Assembly: GCA_973851085.1 (NCBI GenBank)
Contig: OZ316776.1
Location: forward strand, 2,852,001-2,916,000
Source of the DNA: Ptychomitrium polyphyllum
Taxonomy: Eukaryota
Length of the DNA: 64,000 nucleotides
Direction: 5' to 3'
The first letter of the stretch is position 1. The number at the start of each line of letters is the position of its first letter. The position numbers were made by a program, and so were the translations under genes. A model generated the notes under the pieces. It worked only from the letters and a program-made list of their open reading frames with translations, did not search any database and had not been told where the DNA came from. Of the stretch, positions 1-13,181 are shown one piece after another.

Positions 1-1657
1 GCTAGGCACTCCGATTGCACTTCTCAAGTTCTCAATTCTATTCCGGCCTTGTTCGTCTTGAGTTTAAGTGTAGCAGTGCGTGTCAAAGTCAATTGCATAG
101 AATCTTTTGTAAACTGATGATTCTCAAGTCTTGGTAGCCAATAATGCAAAAGTAGGTATTCGTGGACTTAAGTGAAGGTGATATTCCATGTGAAGGTATG
201 CTCTGCCTTAGCTGGCGCGTATTTCCAAATCTAAGCGTGCGTTCCCCGCTCGTTGCCCTGTCAAATCAGCTCCTGCAGCACATCTTTAGAAAGATTTACT
301 CACAATAGCCCAGTAGGAGCTAGCTGGAAAAATCATCACATGTATTATCCTTTAAGCAGCAGCTTGTCGACAGAAAGGGAACTGGCTTTACAGTTTTACA
401 AGTTATACGATTATACAGAGCTGCACAGGAAGCTGCTTCTCAAGAGCTTTCGAGAAGCAGCCTTACCGTACTGCTATAAAATCATCGCTGACCAAATTCT
501 AGTTGTTACAATGTCACAGTAAACACAATACAGTATTTCTAAACAAAAATCGACGCTTGAATAATTTCTTCTAGAGAAAAGAATTGAATACGTTGGCACG
601 AATAATTGCTGATGGACAGGATTACAGTGAGCTTGAGAAACAGTTGGGTTTGTCGTTCGATTTGAGGCCTTTGACAATGAATTCCCTGAGCAATCAATCA
701 ATGGCCGGTGGCGTCCTATTGAGTCTGCAACAAGGCACATGAGCAAATACTGTCTGAAAGCTATAGCTCCCTGAATATGCTCGAGTGATATTCAGACAGA
801 CACACCTGGTCCGACAAGACACATTTGGACACAAAAGCAATATCCATTATTCCTTCGCTTCCCTGTTGACCAGGCAATTATGGAATGCAATAGTTGTGAA
901 TCACACAAGAAATAATTTGTAAAGATTGCTACTCTTCCATTAATGTACGTACGGCAGTGCCCACTGCTCACCACAACGACGTTGGTCGTGCTCGCATACA
1001 CAACTGTTCACGGTGGCATATTCGTCAGTGATGTCCACCTCTTCCCACTTCGGAATCAACCTTCTTTTAACATTGCTACCATATAGATAACCACAGAAAA
1101 ATAAAGATCGTGCACAATATCGCCACAATCAATGGCGACCTGAACATGTTACCAGTCACAGCATGCATTAGAACTAGTTAGCTGTGACATGAAGAATATC
1201 TGCAAAGATTGTACCGTGTGATGATCGACACCATAGCTCATTCAAACAGTCCGCTCCATGTGTACGCATGCAGCTGTTCTGATCGAGAACAACAGTACGT
1301 CAGTCTCTGAAATTAGTTCATCGCCTATCAGTACGTTTTTTTTGAAGTTTTTTCTCGACGTGACACTCACCGAGTCTCTCGCCAGCTGAGGTAACCTTCG
1401 AAATGACGAATTCACCAACGTATTGAAGATCGAGGTGACCAACGAGCTGCTGCATTGAGGCAAGTCAGTTGTGGCCCGTGAATGGCCGCTGCGAAAACCG
1501 TCAGAAACGAGTAGAGCTGATCATTTATCCCGTGACACCCCTGAATGCTCATTCAGCTCCTCGACATGCTGCCAGAGGTGTCCCATCGACAAGACCCACC
1601 CCAGCAGCCTCCAGCCTGCAACGACAGGCAACTGCAGCACGATGCGACCTCCCAGCC

Positions 1658-1756
1658 CCCTGCTGGGAACCCAGAGAACGTCGCCCTGCTGGGAACCCAG
1701 AGAACGTCGCCCTGCTGGGAACCCAGAGAACCGCGCCCTGCTGGGAACCCAGAGAA
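1658..1756. repeat. 26-bp minisatellite (CCCTGCTGGGAACCCAGAGAACGTCG), about 3.8 copies
   Basis: Units start at 1658, 1684, 1710 and 1736 (partial). Each contains the dyad CTGGG-AA-CCCAG. Confidence 0.9.
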
Positions 1757-4700
1757 TCAGGATGGGAACTCCGAGCTCCTTTCCTTCTTCATGAATTTTT
1801 AAAAAAAATGATTGAACAAAGAGTGATGTTAGCTGGTTTCACGACATGGTTCACTTCATATGGTTTGGACTTTTATAAGGCTATCAATACAAAAGCCTTA
1901 CAAAAGTCTTATAATATTGATTAGAAATCACTTCCAAATGTACAAATGACATATACATGTTTTGGAAAAGTAAATTTAAAAAGATGACACTTGTGTATTT
2001 TAGGGATTGTGTTGTATTTAATTCATGTTTATACATCCGGAGTATATAAGGTAAAGAATATTGTATGAAATCATAAGATGGTATGATTTTTGTAAGTTAT
2101 AAAGAAGTGGTTTTATAAAGTTTCTTTTATTATACCATCTATGCTATTACTAATAGATTTTAATGTTTCTATAAGTCTAAAAAGTTAGTGAACAAAAAAT
2201 AAAAATTCAATATGTTTTTCAATCATTGTAATGATTTCCTTCAAATGTGCAAATTACATCTTAATGATTATGGTGCTTACGAAGATTCTTATTTGTAATG
2301 CAACCTTTAGTAATTCAATGCAATGTGTGATATTTTTAATAAACTTTAAGGAAAAATACAACAAATAAGAAAAAATATTGTAGAAATATTGTATTCCTAT
2401 TTTAACTTCCAAATGAAATTCTATCTGGATATGTTTCATTGTACACCTTCTATTCATTCATGCTTCAAGAAAGTTGCAATATTTACATAGCTTAAATGAA
2501 TTTTCATTGATTTTCTCCATGTATAATATATTATTTGCATTAAAATATAAATTCAACTTAATCTTTTTAATATGAATTTTTTCTAAAGTGTGAGATTTTC
2601 ATATCAAGCAAACAATGACATTATACTCACTTACTATAGCATTTCTATCTTCAACAACTATTTTATTTTGCCTTTGTTTAAAAATTATTAAACACAAATA
2701 ATGAATTGAAAAAAATAACAATGTTAATGAATAAATAAACTTCAAAATGTCATTTAAAATTTATAACATTTAATTAAGATTGTAAAAAAATTGTAAAAAA
2801 AACAAAGATTGTAGACAATATTTAAGACAATTTTTACAACAATATAAGTGGATTTACAAAAATCCAAATATTGATGTTTTAAAAAATTTCTCTTTACTAA
2901 AGATACAAATTCTTAGAAGTGAAAGGCCATTAATAACAATTAAGAATGTTTTGGAATAAGTCAATTGACTATATATCCACTACTTTGCTCATTAATTGCA
3001 AATGGCAACAATATTGTGATATGTCAAAGTAATACATGTAATATATGTAATTATAAAATAAAGGTGAAAGTTAAAAGATATGTGGTTCAGCATTTTGGCA
3101 CAAAATAATCTTATGTGCAAATAAAAATAACTGGACCTTCTATTAATATAAAGAAAATGACAAAATTCATTCTATAATCAACGGAGCATTTCATGAATGA
3201 TCCAATAATGCTATTGGAATCTCACAATGTATATTCGCTATGTATCTTTCAGACTTAAAATGTAATTTTCGAAAGAAGTAATGAATTGAAAATTAATAAA
3301 TTATTTACCAATTTTTTTAAAAAAATATTAATTATTTTTAGGAATACCATATTAAGTAGGGATTTTAATAACAGATGACATTCATAAATCATATATACAT
3401 AGAATCTACTAGGAATTATCAACTATCGCATACATTGAACTTGTACATCTCATTAAATTAGGTATTTGATCAAAAACACCACTGGGCATGCATGCATGCA
3501 TTTGAAGGACCTTATAATAATAACTGAAATCCATCGCAAGTACTGGAGTTGAATGCGTGTGGTACCAAAAAGATGAACCTGGCACTTCGAAACCCAGTTC
3601 ATGACAAATCTAGAGATCTAGAGATACATGCATTCTTGTCCACAGGGGTTGAAAGGACAGAAGGCCCTTCTACGGCGTCCCAAGCCTCCAGCTCAGCATT
3701 TGCGGCTACGTGCACGGTTCCCTCTCAGCTCGACCGTGCTATCGCCATAGCAAATGCCTCTCGGTGAGCCTTGTATGCTTCTTCTGATTTTCCTGGCGCT
3801 AGCGCTAAAGGGAGAGCGAGAGCGAGAGCGAGAGGGAGAGAGCATTTGACAGGGACTCATTGGGCTGAAAGTATGAAAACTTCCTGCACTTCAGCCTGCA
3901 GTCTATTCTCCTCCCAGAAAGTGTGCCAGTTTTCGACACGTGTCAGCAGATCCCCACAGCGCTGCGGTAACAACAATGCGTACAAAATCTGACCTGCGCT
4001 CCCACCACACCTCGCTGCATTCGTTTATAACAAGCCTTGCAGTTGGGCCATTGCAAGTGTACCTCAACAAGTGTCTTTTAAGTGTCTTCCTTAAGCGAAA
4101 ATTTCAGAGCAAAATGGATGGAATAGCCAGGTTCCACCGAAAAACTTGGGGTGAAGTGGCAGGTTTTTGATGAAAATGGTGGGAATGGATTTAGATGCTG
4201 AATATTTCTATACAACATATGGATGGATATGGAAATGCTTGGATGTGTTGCATTATGTAGCAATGCCAATTATCATTTGTGCAAAAATTAGATCATTCCA
4301 CTCCAATACATCAACATGTTTTAATTTATAAATATTTGTAGATTTCAAGTACCTTAATTGGTAGATAATCATAAACAATTGTAAATGAAAAAAAATTGAT
4401 TTTGTAAGCAATCCAATATTCTTCTTAAATGAAGAGTTTTCAAATCATAATTTACTTCAATCTTCTTTATCATTTGTTAGTCACCACAATCTCTAAACCA
4501 AAAATCCAACTTTCTTAAATTTCTAAATGCACCACATAAGTGCATCTACCTTTTTTTTAAGACCTTCTCCTTAAAAAATCCACACAAGCCTAAATTTGCA
4601 AAGACAAATCACAACGGAAAAACACAACTGAACCGCCAGTCCAATTGTCTATACCCCTCATAGAGAAAAAACTTACTAATTTTCTCACCATTTGGAGCAA

Positions 4701-6281
4701 AAATTACAAATTCGTCAAAACGGACCCACTTTTAAGTCCTCACCGATACAAAGAATTCTAAAAGTCTCTAGTCACGAAATTTCCACACAACCGCCTTACC
4801 GCAAACCAATCCATCGATCTTGAACACGCCCCACGACACGTCATCGGCCATGTCAGGCGTAATGCAAGTCTCCCTCATTGGCCCCCACCCGGTGTTCTTC
4901 CCAATCTCCCTGTATGTGCCCTGTTCACCATGGCTAATGTTGATGAGCGCATGGGCATTGCAGCCATGGCGACATCTTCTTGCGCATAGCTCCCCTGCAG
5001 CCAATATCTGACACATGCTATTTGAAGCTTGTCACCATGGCAGGCGTGGAGGATGATCATGGCCAAGCTGCACTGGTTTTGTGCACTCAGGCTGACCGTG
5101 AGGTAATGCATGCCCTGGTGGACTTTTGTCATTGTATGTTGAGCTTCTTCTCATGGTGGCTGGGGTTGCAAGGTCAGAGGCTTGGTTGTGGTGGAGTTCC
5201 GTTGTACACTGCATGGTTGATGAGTCCATGTGTGGTGTTTGAGGCTGGATGGTTCTTTCATGGGGTGAGTTTCTGTTGGAAGGGGTTTGCTACTTGAGTG
5301 TTTAATACTAGATTTCCACAGTGACATGTCTGGTTTTGGTTTTGGTTCTGGTTCTCGTGATGCATGGTGGATTTGACATAGGGGATGTAGTTAGTGCTAT
5401 GGGGTTGGTGACGATGCATGGTTGTTTGTCCGTTGAGACATGGGGATTGAGGTTCAAAGATAAGGTGGATTTCAGCGAGATAGAATTTTTCGGGTTTGAT
5501 AAATTAGGTTTCTCTGACAGATTAGGGTTTGGATCTTAGGGTTGAAGGGTTTTCATTTGGTTGTGTTTTTGTGTGAGGGATAGAAGGGTGGCTGGTTTTT
5601 ATGTAAGATGGATGTTGTTGGGGAGCGTGATTGGTGCTCGAGGTAGGGCTTTTAGAAGGAAGAGTCGAAAACGTCGAATGAACGTGGGTTCATCAATTTG
5701 GGAGGCTTTTAACTCGTCACGACCATATTGCCATTTTTCTGTCCGAAATGGTTGTGAGGGTTTTACGTGAAATTGCTACAGTAACTCTGAGAGTAAGGAT
5801 TCCGTAGTAAGGGTTCTCTGGAAGGTGTATACAGGATTGCGTCCGAAAATGAAATTGATGTCTCCAATTCGTGTGTAATAACTTGCTTGGATTGGCTGGG
5901 TGCTCATTGTTTTGTTCCAGATTTTATGATGCCCCTGCTTGCAAGAAACAAAGCCTTGTATTCTGTGGTCCATGTATGAAGGATGCGTTGACATCGGGAA
6001 GGATTGTTTAGAAAGTGAACCTGGTTTTGCAGATATGAAAATGCTATGTAGGGTTTCATTGGTGGAACGGAACTTTGCTGGCGGGGGTTGACAGTTTTCT
6101 ACTCTCCTTGAGGTACAGTAGTTGGACCCATGTGCCTTAACATCCTCATAGGATTTATGTGCATATTAGTCGGCAGCTGCTATAGGAAGAAAACCTATTT
6201 CAGTGCAGTCGAATATGCCATCATTTTAGGTCGGTATCGCGTGGAGGCAGTATTATTAATCATGGGTTTTACATTTATGTC

Positions 6282-9129
6282 ATGGTGCCCAGAATGAAGA
6301 AAGAAGAGAGCCAAATACGGGAAACGACATCAAACAAAGAGGCGATGCATGTATTTAACAAACGACAACGTGTAGGGAGCAGCTATTGCCTCCCCAGTTT
6401 GATTTCCTTTTCCTTGGAACCTGATATGGATGGGGTCAACGGCTCGGTAAGTAGTTTTTTTGGAAGTGTAAGATTTGAATCGTGACTACCCTGATGTAGT
6501 TGCATTTATTATTTTGACTTTGTGAAGACTGTTGAATTGAACAACTGATCTAGTGTTTTTGATTGAAGATTTATGTCTTCTTGCCTGTTAGAGGTTTTAA
6601 AACATACACGAGCGCCATTCCAAATTTTCAACTTTCATTTTCCTCCTGACTCACATAGGCGACAGTACGTTATCAGGACACGTGCTGTGGATTACATGCT
6701 TGTACTAAATTGCTTGGTTTCGTCGGTGAGATATATTGTTTTGTACATGTTCATCTCTTCATGCTCTAGGGAGTGAAAAGGAGGCGTGAATATATCTTTT
6801 CAAGTAAATTAGCAGAATCTTACAGAATATCATGCACACAATGTGATGCGTTAGGCTGCCAGACTGTTTTAACGTCTTTAATTTGTTGCTATTTGCTCGG
6901 AATTTATGAAGTTCTGGTGCAGATGATTGACGGGTGTGCTGGTCTGGTTAACTTACCGATCGACTTGTCTTAAAAGCTTCATCCTGTAGAATTTTATTCT
7001 GGGACTCTTTCTGATAATGACCTAACATTCTTCGTTTGGCAGGGAGCTTCAATATTCGGCGATGCAAGCACAGCAGATGTGATTCTACACTTCCAGCAAG
7101 ACGAGAGCTCTCTGACGGAACAAGATAAATTTGAGGATGTAATCGAAGACGCTCCAAAATCAGTATCAGTCGTCCACGGAGAGGCTCTCGTCGTTAATGT
7201 TCATGCTCAAATATTAACGCAATGTCGTTACTTTGATGCTCTCTTGTCAGACCGATGGCAGGATCGAGCGCAGAAACCTTTACAGAAAGAGAGAGAAAAA
7301 TCAAGACCCTTACATATCAGTCTCCGTGTGGTTCCAGGACGTCACATCAGCTCTTACGTAGCTACACTAAAACTCTTATATACGCAAGACTTCGTCAGGA
7401 CCATCAACAATGTTGACAGTGCTTTGAGTATTCTTCCTATAGCAGCCGAGCTGCTATACGACCACTGTATATCTGTCTGCGTAAGATTCCTGGAAGCAGT
7501 CTCATGGACAAGGGAGGAAGAACGACAAATTGTGCAGCTTGTAACATGTTTACAACTCAAAGAGTCTTCTGCTCTGCTAGCACGACTTAGTCCTGTGAAG
7601 GTAAGTGAATTAAATTCTGGTCATGTAACCATTTGGATATGAGGAATTCCTTGTGTTGATTCTATCCATCTTATCTAACAGGGATTCCGGAGTCTTTTAT
7701 CGAAGCATGAAATGTCTTCTTTCGTGTTAAAATGGGTCTTGACTAGGAGTGTTGATTTTCTAAATTTTTCATGTCCAAAAGTGCACTTGTCATGGTCAAA
7801 ACGGTGGAAACTTGCTTTCACTTTATCAACATTTTTAGATCGAAAAGGTCCCAAGTTACACTTTGTAGTTTTTGTCACTTTTGGGGTTTAGTTTGAGTAA
7901 CTCTTTAACACTGCTTGTGTTGCTGATTGTAAAGGAAACCGCAGTTGTGGACATGTTCAATGGACTGGTATATGCAGCGACACACAGTCACCAAAACGGC
8001 GCGATGGTGAAGGCATTTGTAGCGCAGCTCTTGAGTGGGCATGCCTCTCGAGACACAGTTCGGCAGGTTCTAGACAAGGCATTTACGCACAGTTTAAAAA
8101 CTGTGAAGGACTCCGTGGAAGAGTATGCAAGCCCTAATGTGAGGGGCCACCACGATGAAATTGAAGCCCTACAGAGACAAAATCTTCACACTGCAGTCGT
8201 CAACGGAAAACACTTGCTTTGGATTGTCGAGAGAATGATAGAACTCAGAGTTGCCGAAACTGCAGTTGTGGAATGGAGTGACCAAGGAGTATTTACTGCC
8301 AATTTGAAACGTGCCTTTAGTGACGATACTTGGAGAAACATTGCACCTGGACTCCCTGCTCTTGTGCTTCGGTGCACTTGTCGCTTGGCAACCGCTGTTT
8401 CTATTGGCTCCATTATTGCCTCGCAGCAGGTAAGCATTATAAACGGTTTAAATAAGGCACAATCTTTTGTAGAATTCAGCTGCTGCTTTTATCCAATGTT
8501 GTTTGTTTTCTTTTAAAGTGATAGAATGGCCCTTCTTGTGCAGATATACGGTTTCTGATTTATGCGCAAATCCATAAGACATTATTGCTAAAAATCGAGA
8601 ACAACAACATTGTGAACATAATTCAGTTGAAATTTTTAAAATTTTGGAGTATCTGCAACTCAGTAGAAATTTGGAAGTTTCTGGAATGTATGGAATGTTT
8701 CTGGCACAGGCGTAATTTATCCTTCTGTCATTCTTGTACAAGGGGTTTTTGGTTTCTGGGTGGATGTGATCACCCCATAATCAACAGGTTTGAGTTTTTT
8801 TTACTGACTTCTATGATGGGGATACGATTTGTTAGGTGCGTTTGAAGCTGGTCAAAGATTGGCTGCCTGTACTGGTTGTTTCTCGGGACAATCTAGTATC
8901 TGCTAATCAGAACAAGCACCTTCATCAAGAGCTTGAGGATGTGTTCTTGAATATTATCCTCACCCTCCCAATAGCCGATGCTCAGAAACTCCTGCAGCAG
9001 TGCCTGAGCTTTGCGACTCGGAACTTGGAAGACTGTCCGCACCTTGTGAATGCTTTCAACATTTGGTTCCGAAGGGCAACGCAAGCACCTGCAATGGAAA
9101 GGGCGGAGATGGAGTCAGAGAGTTGTTGA
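6282..9129 (+). CDS. Plant BTB/POZ-domain protein (At3g05675/At3g50780-like family), 4 coding exons
   Basis: Exons 6282 (start uncertain; alternative ATG at 6426)-6446, 7043-7600, 7935-8429 and 8836-9129 join in frame through GT-AG introns. Motifs include FGDASTADVILH, VNVHAQILTQCRYFDALLSDRW, ILPIAAELLYDHCISVCVRFLEAVSWTREEE, VRLKLVKDWLP and FNIWFRRA. Confidence 0.88.
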
Positions 9130-10628
9130 TAATTTTAGGTGGCTTGTGTAAATTTGCAGGTATAAGAGGGTAGGAACTGATGTCAGTTTACGTTTGGGAT
9201 TCAAGGGTTGCAAAAAAGGGAACCGCCGGAATACACATGTTTGATAACGTGGGACAAATTGTTGTGTTTCTATTACCTAAATTGTGTTCACTGTATTCAT
9301 CACTGCCACTCAGCTGTATGGAATACATTTGTAGTATTTTTCATTTAGCCCTTGCAACTTGATCAGCTTAAGCTCTATTCATTCTCAGAATTGCGTAACT
9401 TTGCCCTCTTATTGACATGGTTATTTTCAGCTCTCCACGTGATTATTGAAGAGAGTTCTTTGCCGTGGTGCACTTATGATAAGCTGTTTAAACATGTGAG
9501 AAACATCTCTTTAAAACCTTCGATCTCTGTCCATTCTGTTTTTTACCTCATTTATAACAGTATACACATGAACTCCCTTGTACTTCTATTGGTGAAAGAT
9601 TTCTTAAGTTGTTAGGACATGAGTGTAAGGGCCCTTTCACATGATTCAGAGAATGCTGGAAAGCAGTTTGGGTGCAGCTGGATGGGGGAAAGAGAAAAGA
9701 AAAGAAAAAACGCTACCGATGATTCTCTTATTACGGTGTCTACCTTCCATATAGATGTACCATTTGGTAGGTTGACTAACCAGCCCAGGATTAATTCGGG
9801 ACAAGTTACAGCCTGTCTGATTCTTATGACAACTGGCCGCACGTCCACTTTTAAAAGAAGAGTCTTAGTTCCTCCAGAGGAATCAAAAATCGCTGAGCGG
9901 CATCTCCGGCTGCATTAGTGGAGTACTAAAAGATCCGCTGTTTCAAATGTGGGTCATTAAGACCAGTTTTTCTTGAAGAATCACAGAAACAGGTTTAGAC
10001 CAGTCTACTTGAATACTCCACTATATGTACTTAAGGTACCACGAACAGATCGCTCTGAGCCGTTACTGATCCACAGGATAGTTCTCTAGCATCCAGATCG
10101 AAGACAAAGGAAAAAAATTGCAGAGATCGTTCGAGAACGGAGCACCCTACGAGACACTGCTGGATTTATATTACAGGTATTAGCTGATTTTCCTTTGGCT
10201 TGGATCATTATGAACTTTTCATCTTGAGATGAGTCTTCCTAGGAAATCGTCCGGTTATTGTCACACAGGCTGCACCAGGAAGTTTGCATATGAACTCCAA
10301 CTATTTGATCAATCATCATTTAAAAGAGCATTGTGCATTGATCTGTTCCGCACATTCTGTCCTTTTTAGGTTCTTAGTTGGGGCTTGGTTCAGTCAAGTG
10401 GCTTGTTGCTCCAGAAGGTGCGTGCAATTGTAGCATATTTATCAAGTGATTATCATAGTGTTACGTATCGTTCGTGTGAAGTTTGATATCAGGTTTCTTA
10501 TGTATGTGTGTGTATAATTTCGACCGTTAGTGACCAAGTCATTTCAACTAGATGCACTGAAACAGGAGTTGCAACAAATTGCATTCGATTAGGCTGAGGA
10601 TCCGTGAAAAGGGTCAAACAAATCGAGA

Positions 10629-13181
10629 ATGTCGGATACAGACAAGTTGATGCCGAGCACGAAGGAGCATCTGCGGAGGATGGCGAAGAGCGTCGCATCA
10701 ACTTTACCGTATTCGAACTATAAGCCTAGTTATGTGGTATATGATTTCGACGGAGATTACGAGTACAATGCTGTCCTACTGGGCGCGTTCTTGAACGGTA
10801 TTTGAAAAGATTGTTTTTGTCAATCATAGAGTCAATCCTGATTCATGTTCGAAATACATGCAATGAGGTTTTTAATCTAGGTTTATCTGAATTCTTTAGG
10901 GATAAAGAATGGGAGTTTCCTTGGTAGGTTATTACTTATTCGGAATGACTGAGGAATTTGGATACTGTTAAGTAGAAGTTTAATTATTGATGACTCAAAT
11001 AGCAAAGCTTCCACAGACCTCCACTTCAACTTTCTGGGATATAAACGTCAAATCGTTTTGATACCCGAGTGTTTTTTTCTCTCGAAATGTTGCTCTCTTG
11101 CCAATAATAAGAATCGGGTGATTCCTTGATTATCTAAAACCACATCCCATTGTTTTGCAGGACCTTGCGGAAGGGGTTTCTTTACAATGAATGATTTCTG
11201 CATAGCTGAAGGGCTGGGTGAGGAGTATGTGGTTCAGTTTTTCAAACGACCGAAGATTTCAGGCTATGTCAACATGTAAGTGTCGTTTCGTTTATTCGAA
11301 TTCTCAGAAAATTTTGAGAATCCGTCGATAATATATTTGATATCGTCAAAATTGCATAGCAGTGCACAATGTATTGTTCTTTGTGAACCTAGACTGGCCA
11401 GACCAATGTTTGATAAGGAGCATTATAGCATATTGCAGGTAAATCGCAGGTGGAAAACTTTTATTTGATTAGGAGTAATTCGGTAAATAAATTTACTTCT
11501 AGTGTCTGGGAACAATAAGCTTTGGTCCTTATGAACCGATTATGGACCATCAATTATCAGTAGGTACGTAGCAGACAATCGGTTCCAATATAATTAACAA
11601 ATGTTTTCTGGAGGGGAAAATTTTTTCATGTGACATCTTGTCATGTCTCAGAAAAGGTCAATCTGCCGCGCACCCCCACCCTTCAACATTTCTCGCTCTT
11701 ATGAATTTCTTTCTCTTGATCAACATCGTGCATGACAGATACAACGCATAAGACTGTACGCGATTCCACATTCAACTCTAACAGGAAATTTTTCGACTAT
11801 GTGACACAGTGCTTTAACTATCAGTGCGCTGCCTGCTGATGGGGATCGGACTTACAGCACGATACGAATCTTGCTCGATGTTACTTTGCATGAACGGGCA
11901 TTACACGAGAAGGTGATGAAGTGCAATGGGTTGACTTACGACATGCCAGGTTTCCAGATGGAGCTTCTTGGAGACTATGATCCAGGGTAGAATTTCCAGT
12001 GGAGTAAGTCCCCTGTCTTCAGCAAGTGTACTGTTCATGTTGTGTAAAATTCAATTATATCGCTGTTTATCGTTCTGTACAAATGAGAGGTCTATGAAGA
12101 ATTCAGCTTGAGTCCTGAGTTTAACTGAGAGGTTGACGAATAGAATGGTATCCAATAATGTGGATTACTTCATGCTTGTATTAGTAATGCGGTCCGTGCT
12201 GCCCAGAGTCTGACGATATTAAGTATCAAAACTTTGAACGATTAAAAAAGATCTGGTGTTTTCCTCGTCTCGGATTGTCCAGACTATTGCGACAGCCCAC
12301 GGAGTTTGTTCTACCTTGCACTTAACATCAATTTAGTCTCCTACGTTTGGATTCATATTGCCAGCTTATACCTTGGTCTCACTTTGGGATACTGTTGTGG
12401 CTTACATTCTGATCTCAAATGTTGTTGCAGATGACATATCAAGGGGAAAATCCGACCAAGAATTCAATTTCAGAGTTGATGAGAACTCCGATTTTTGTAT
12501 CAGATTTACTAGAAAGCATGGCAATGGGAATCACACTATTGTGTAAGCCTACTCATTTTGAATTTCTTGAGCATGTGCGGACCTTATGAGGTAGGAGGAA
12601 GAGAGATAAATACTCCTCCTGGAGTCTCTTTTTTGGTTTCAGTAATGTCTCCATACCCTGCGTCGCTCTTGTGCAATTGTTTGGATAATAGGTTATCTTA
12701 GTATGGAATTGGAACTTGCAATCTCAATTGAGGTTGAGGAACTAATTAGGAAAATGCACGACCAATGTCAATTGTTGATCAGCATTTCGTAACTTAGGCT
12801 CTAATCCTCCTTATTCAATGCCCGTGCACTTTCTCATGTAAATCCATGACTGAACAAGAAATCCTACCTGTTGACATCCAAGAAGATATTCGTCTATGCA
12901 TGCTAAGTTTGGTCATGTGCAATGGCAGAACTAGTGCGTTCGGGCAAGTGCCATTCACTATGACGTTCAGAATTGAGCATAGACATATACCACGCAAGGA
13001 GACGAAATCAGAATTCTCGCAACTTATGGAAGCCCAACTGCAACTTCAGCAAATGAGCATGAACACAGCGATTTATAACCTGCAGGTCGAAGGTGCCAGG
13101 AGTGTTAAGAGACTGGTGGAAGACTGTACATGCTCAGGTCCCTGCTACTGTAGAAGTGCTGCAACATGGTGGACAATGTGA
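10629..13181 (+). CDS. Spliced gene of unknown function (no recognised domain)
   Basis: Exons 10629-10797, 11161-11275 and 11810-about 11950 join in frame with consistent phases (MSDTDKLMP...LLGAFLN-GPCGRGFFTMNDFCIAEGLGEEY...-ALTISALPADGDRTYSTIRILLDV). There is a probable exon from 12431 and a terminal exon 12798-13181 ending CTCSGPCYCRSAATWWTM. The middle junctions are unresolved. Confidence 0.55.

Noticed and set aside
760..1128. Fanzor/TnpB-like look of the minus-strand text (ITDEYATVNSC...CPNVSCRT)
   Set aside because: The frame is broken by stops and crosses apparent introns. No RuvC-I motif or RD-x-N-A motif is present, so the resemblance is likely chance.
1469..1924. Overlapping ORFs in three frames, and a CRISPR-like appearance
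   Set aside because: The ORFs are produced by the 26-bp minisatellite. There are no unique spacers, and the context is eukaryotic.
3811..3842. GA-rich (GAGAGC)n run and ORF 3771-3992
   Set aside because: A simple microsatellite with no coding support.
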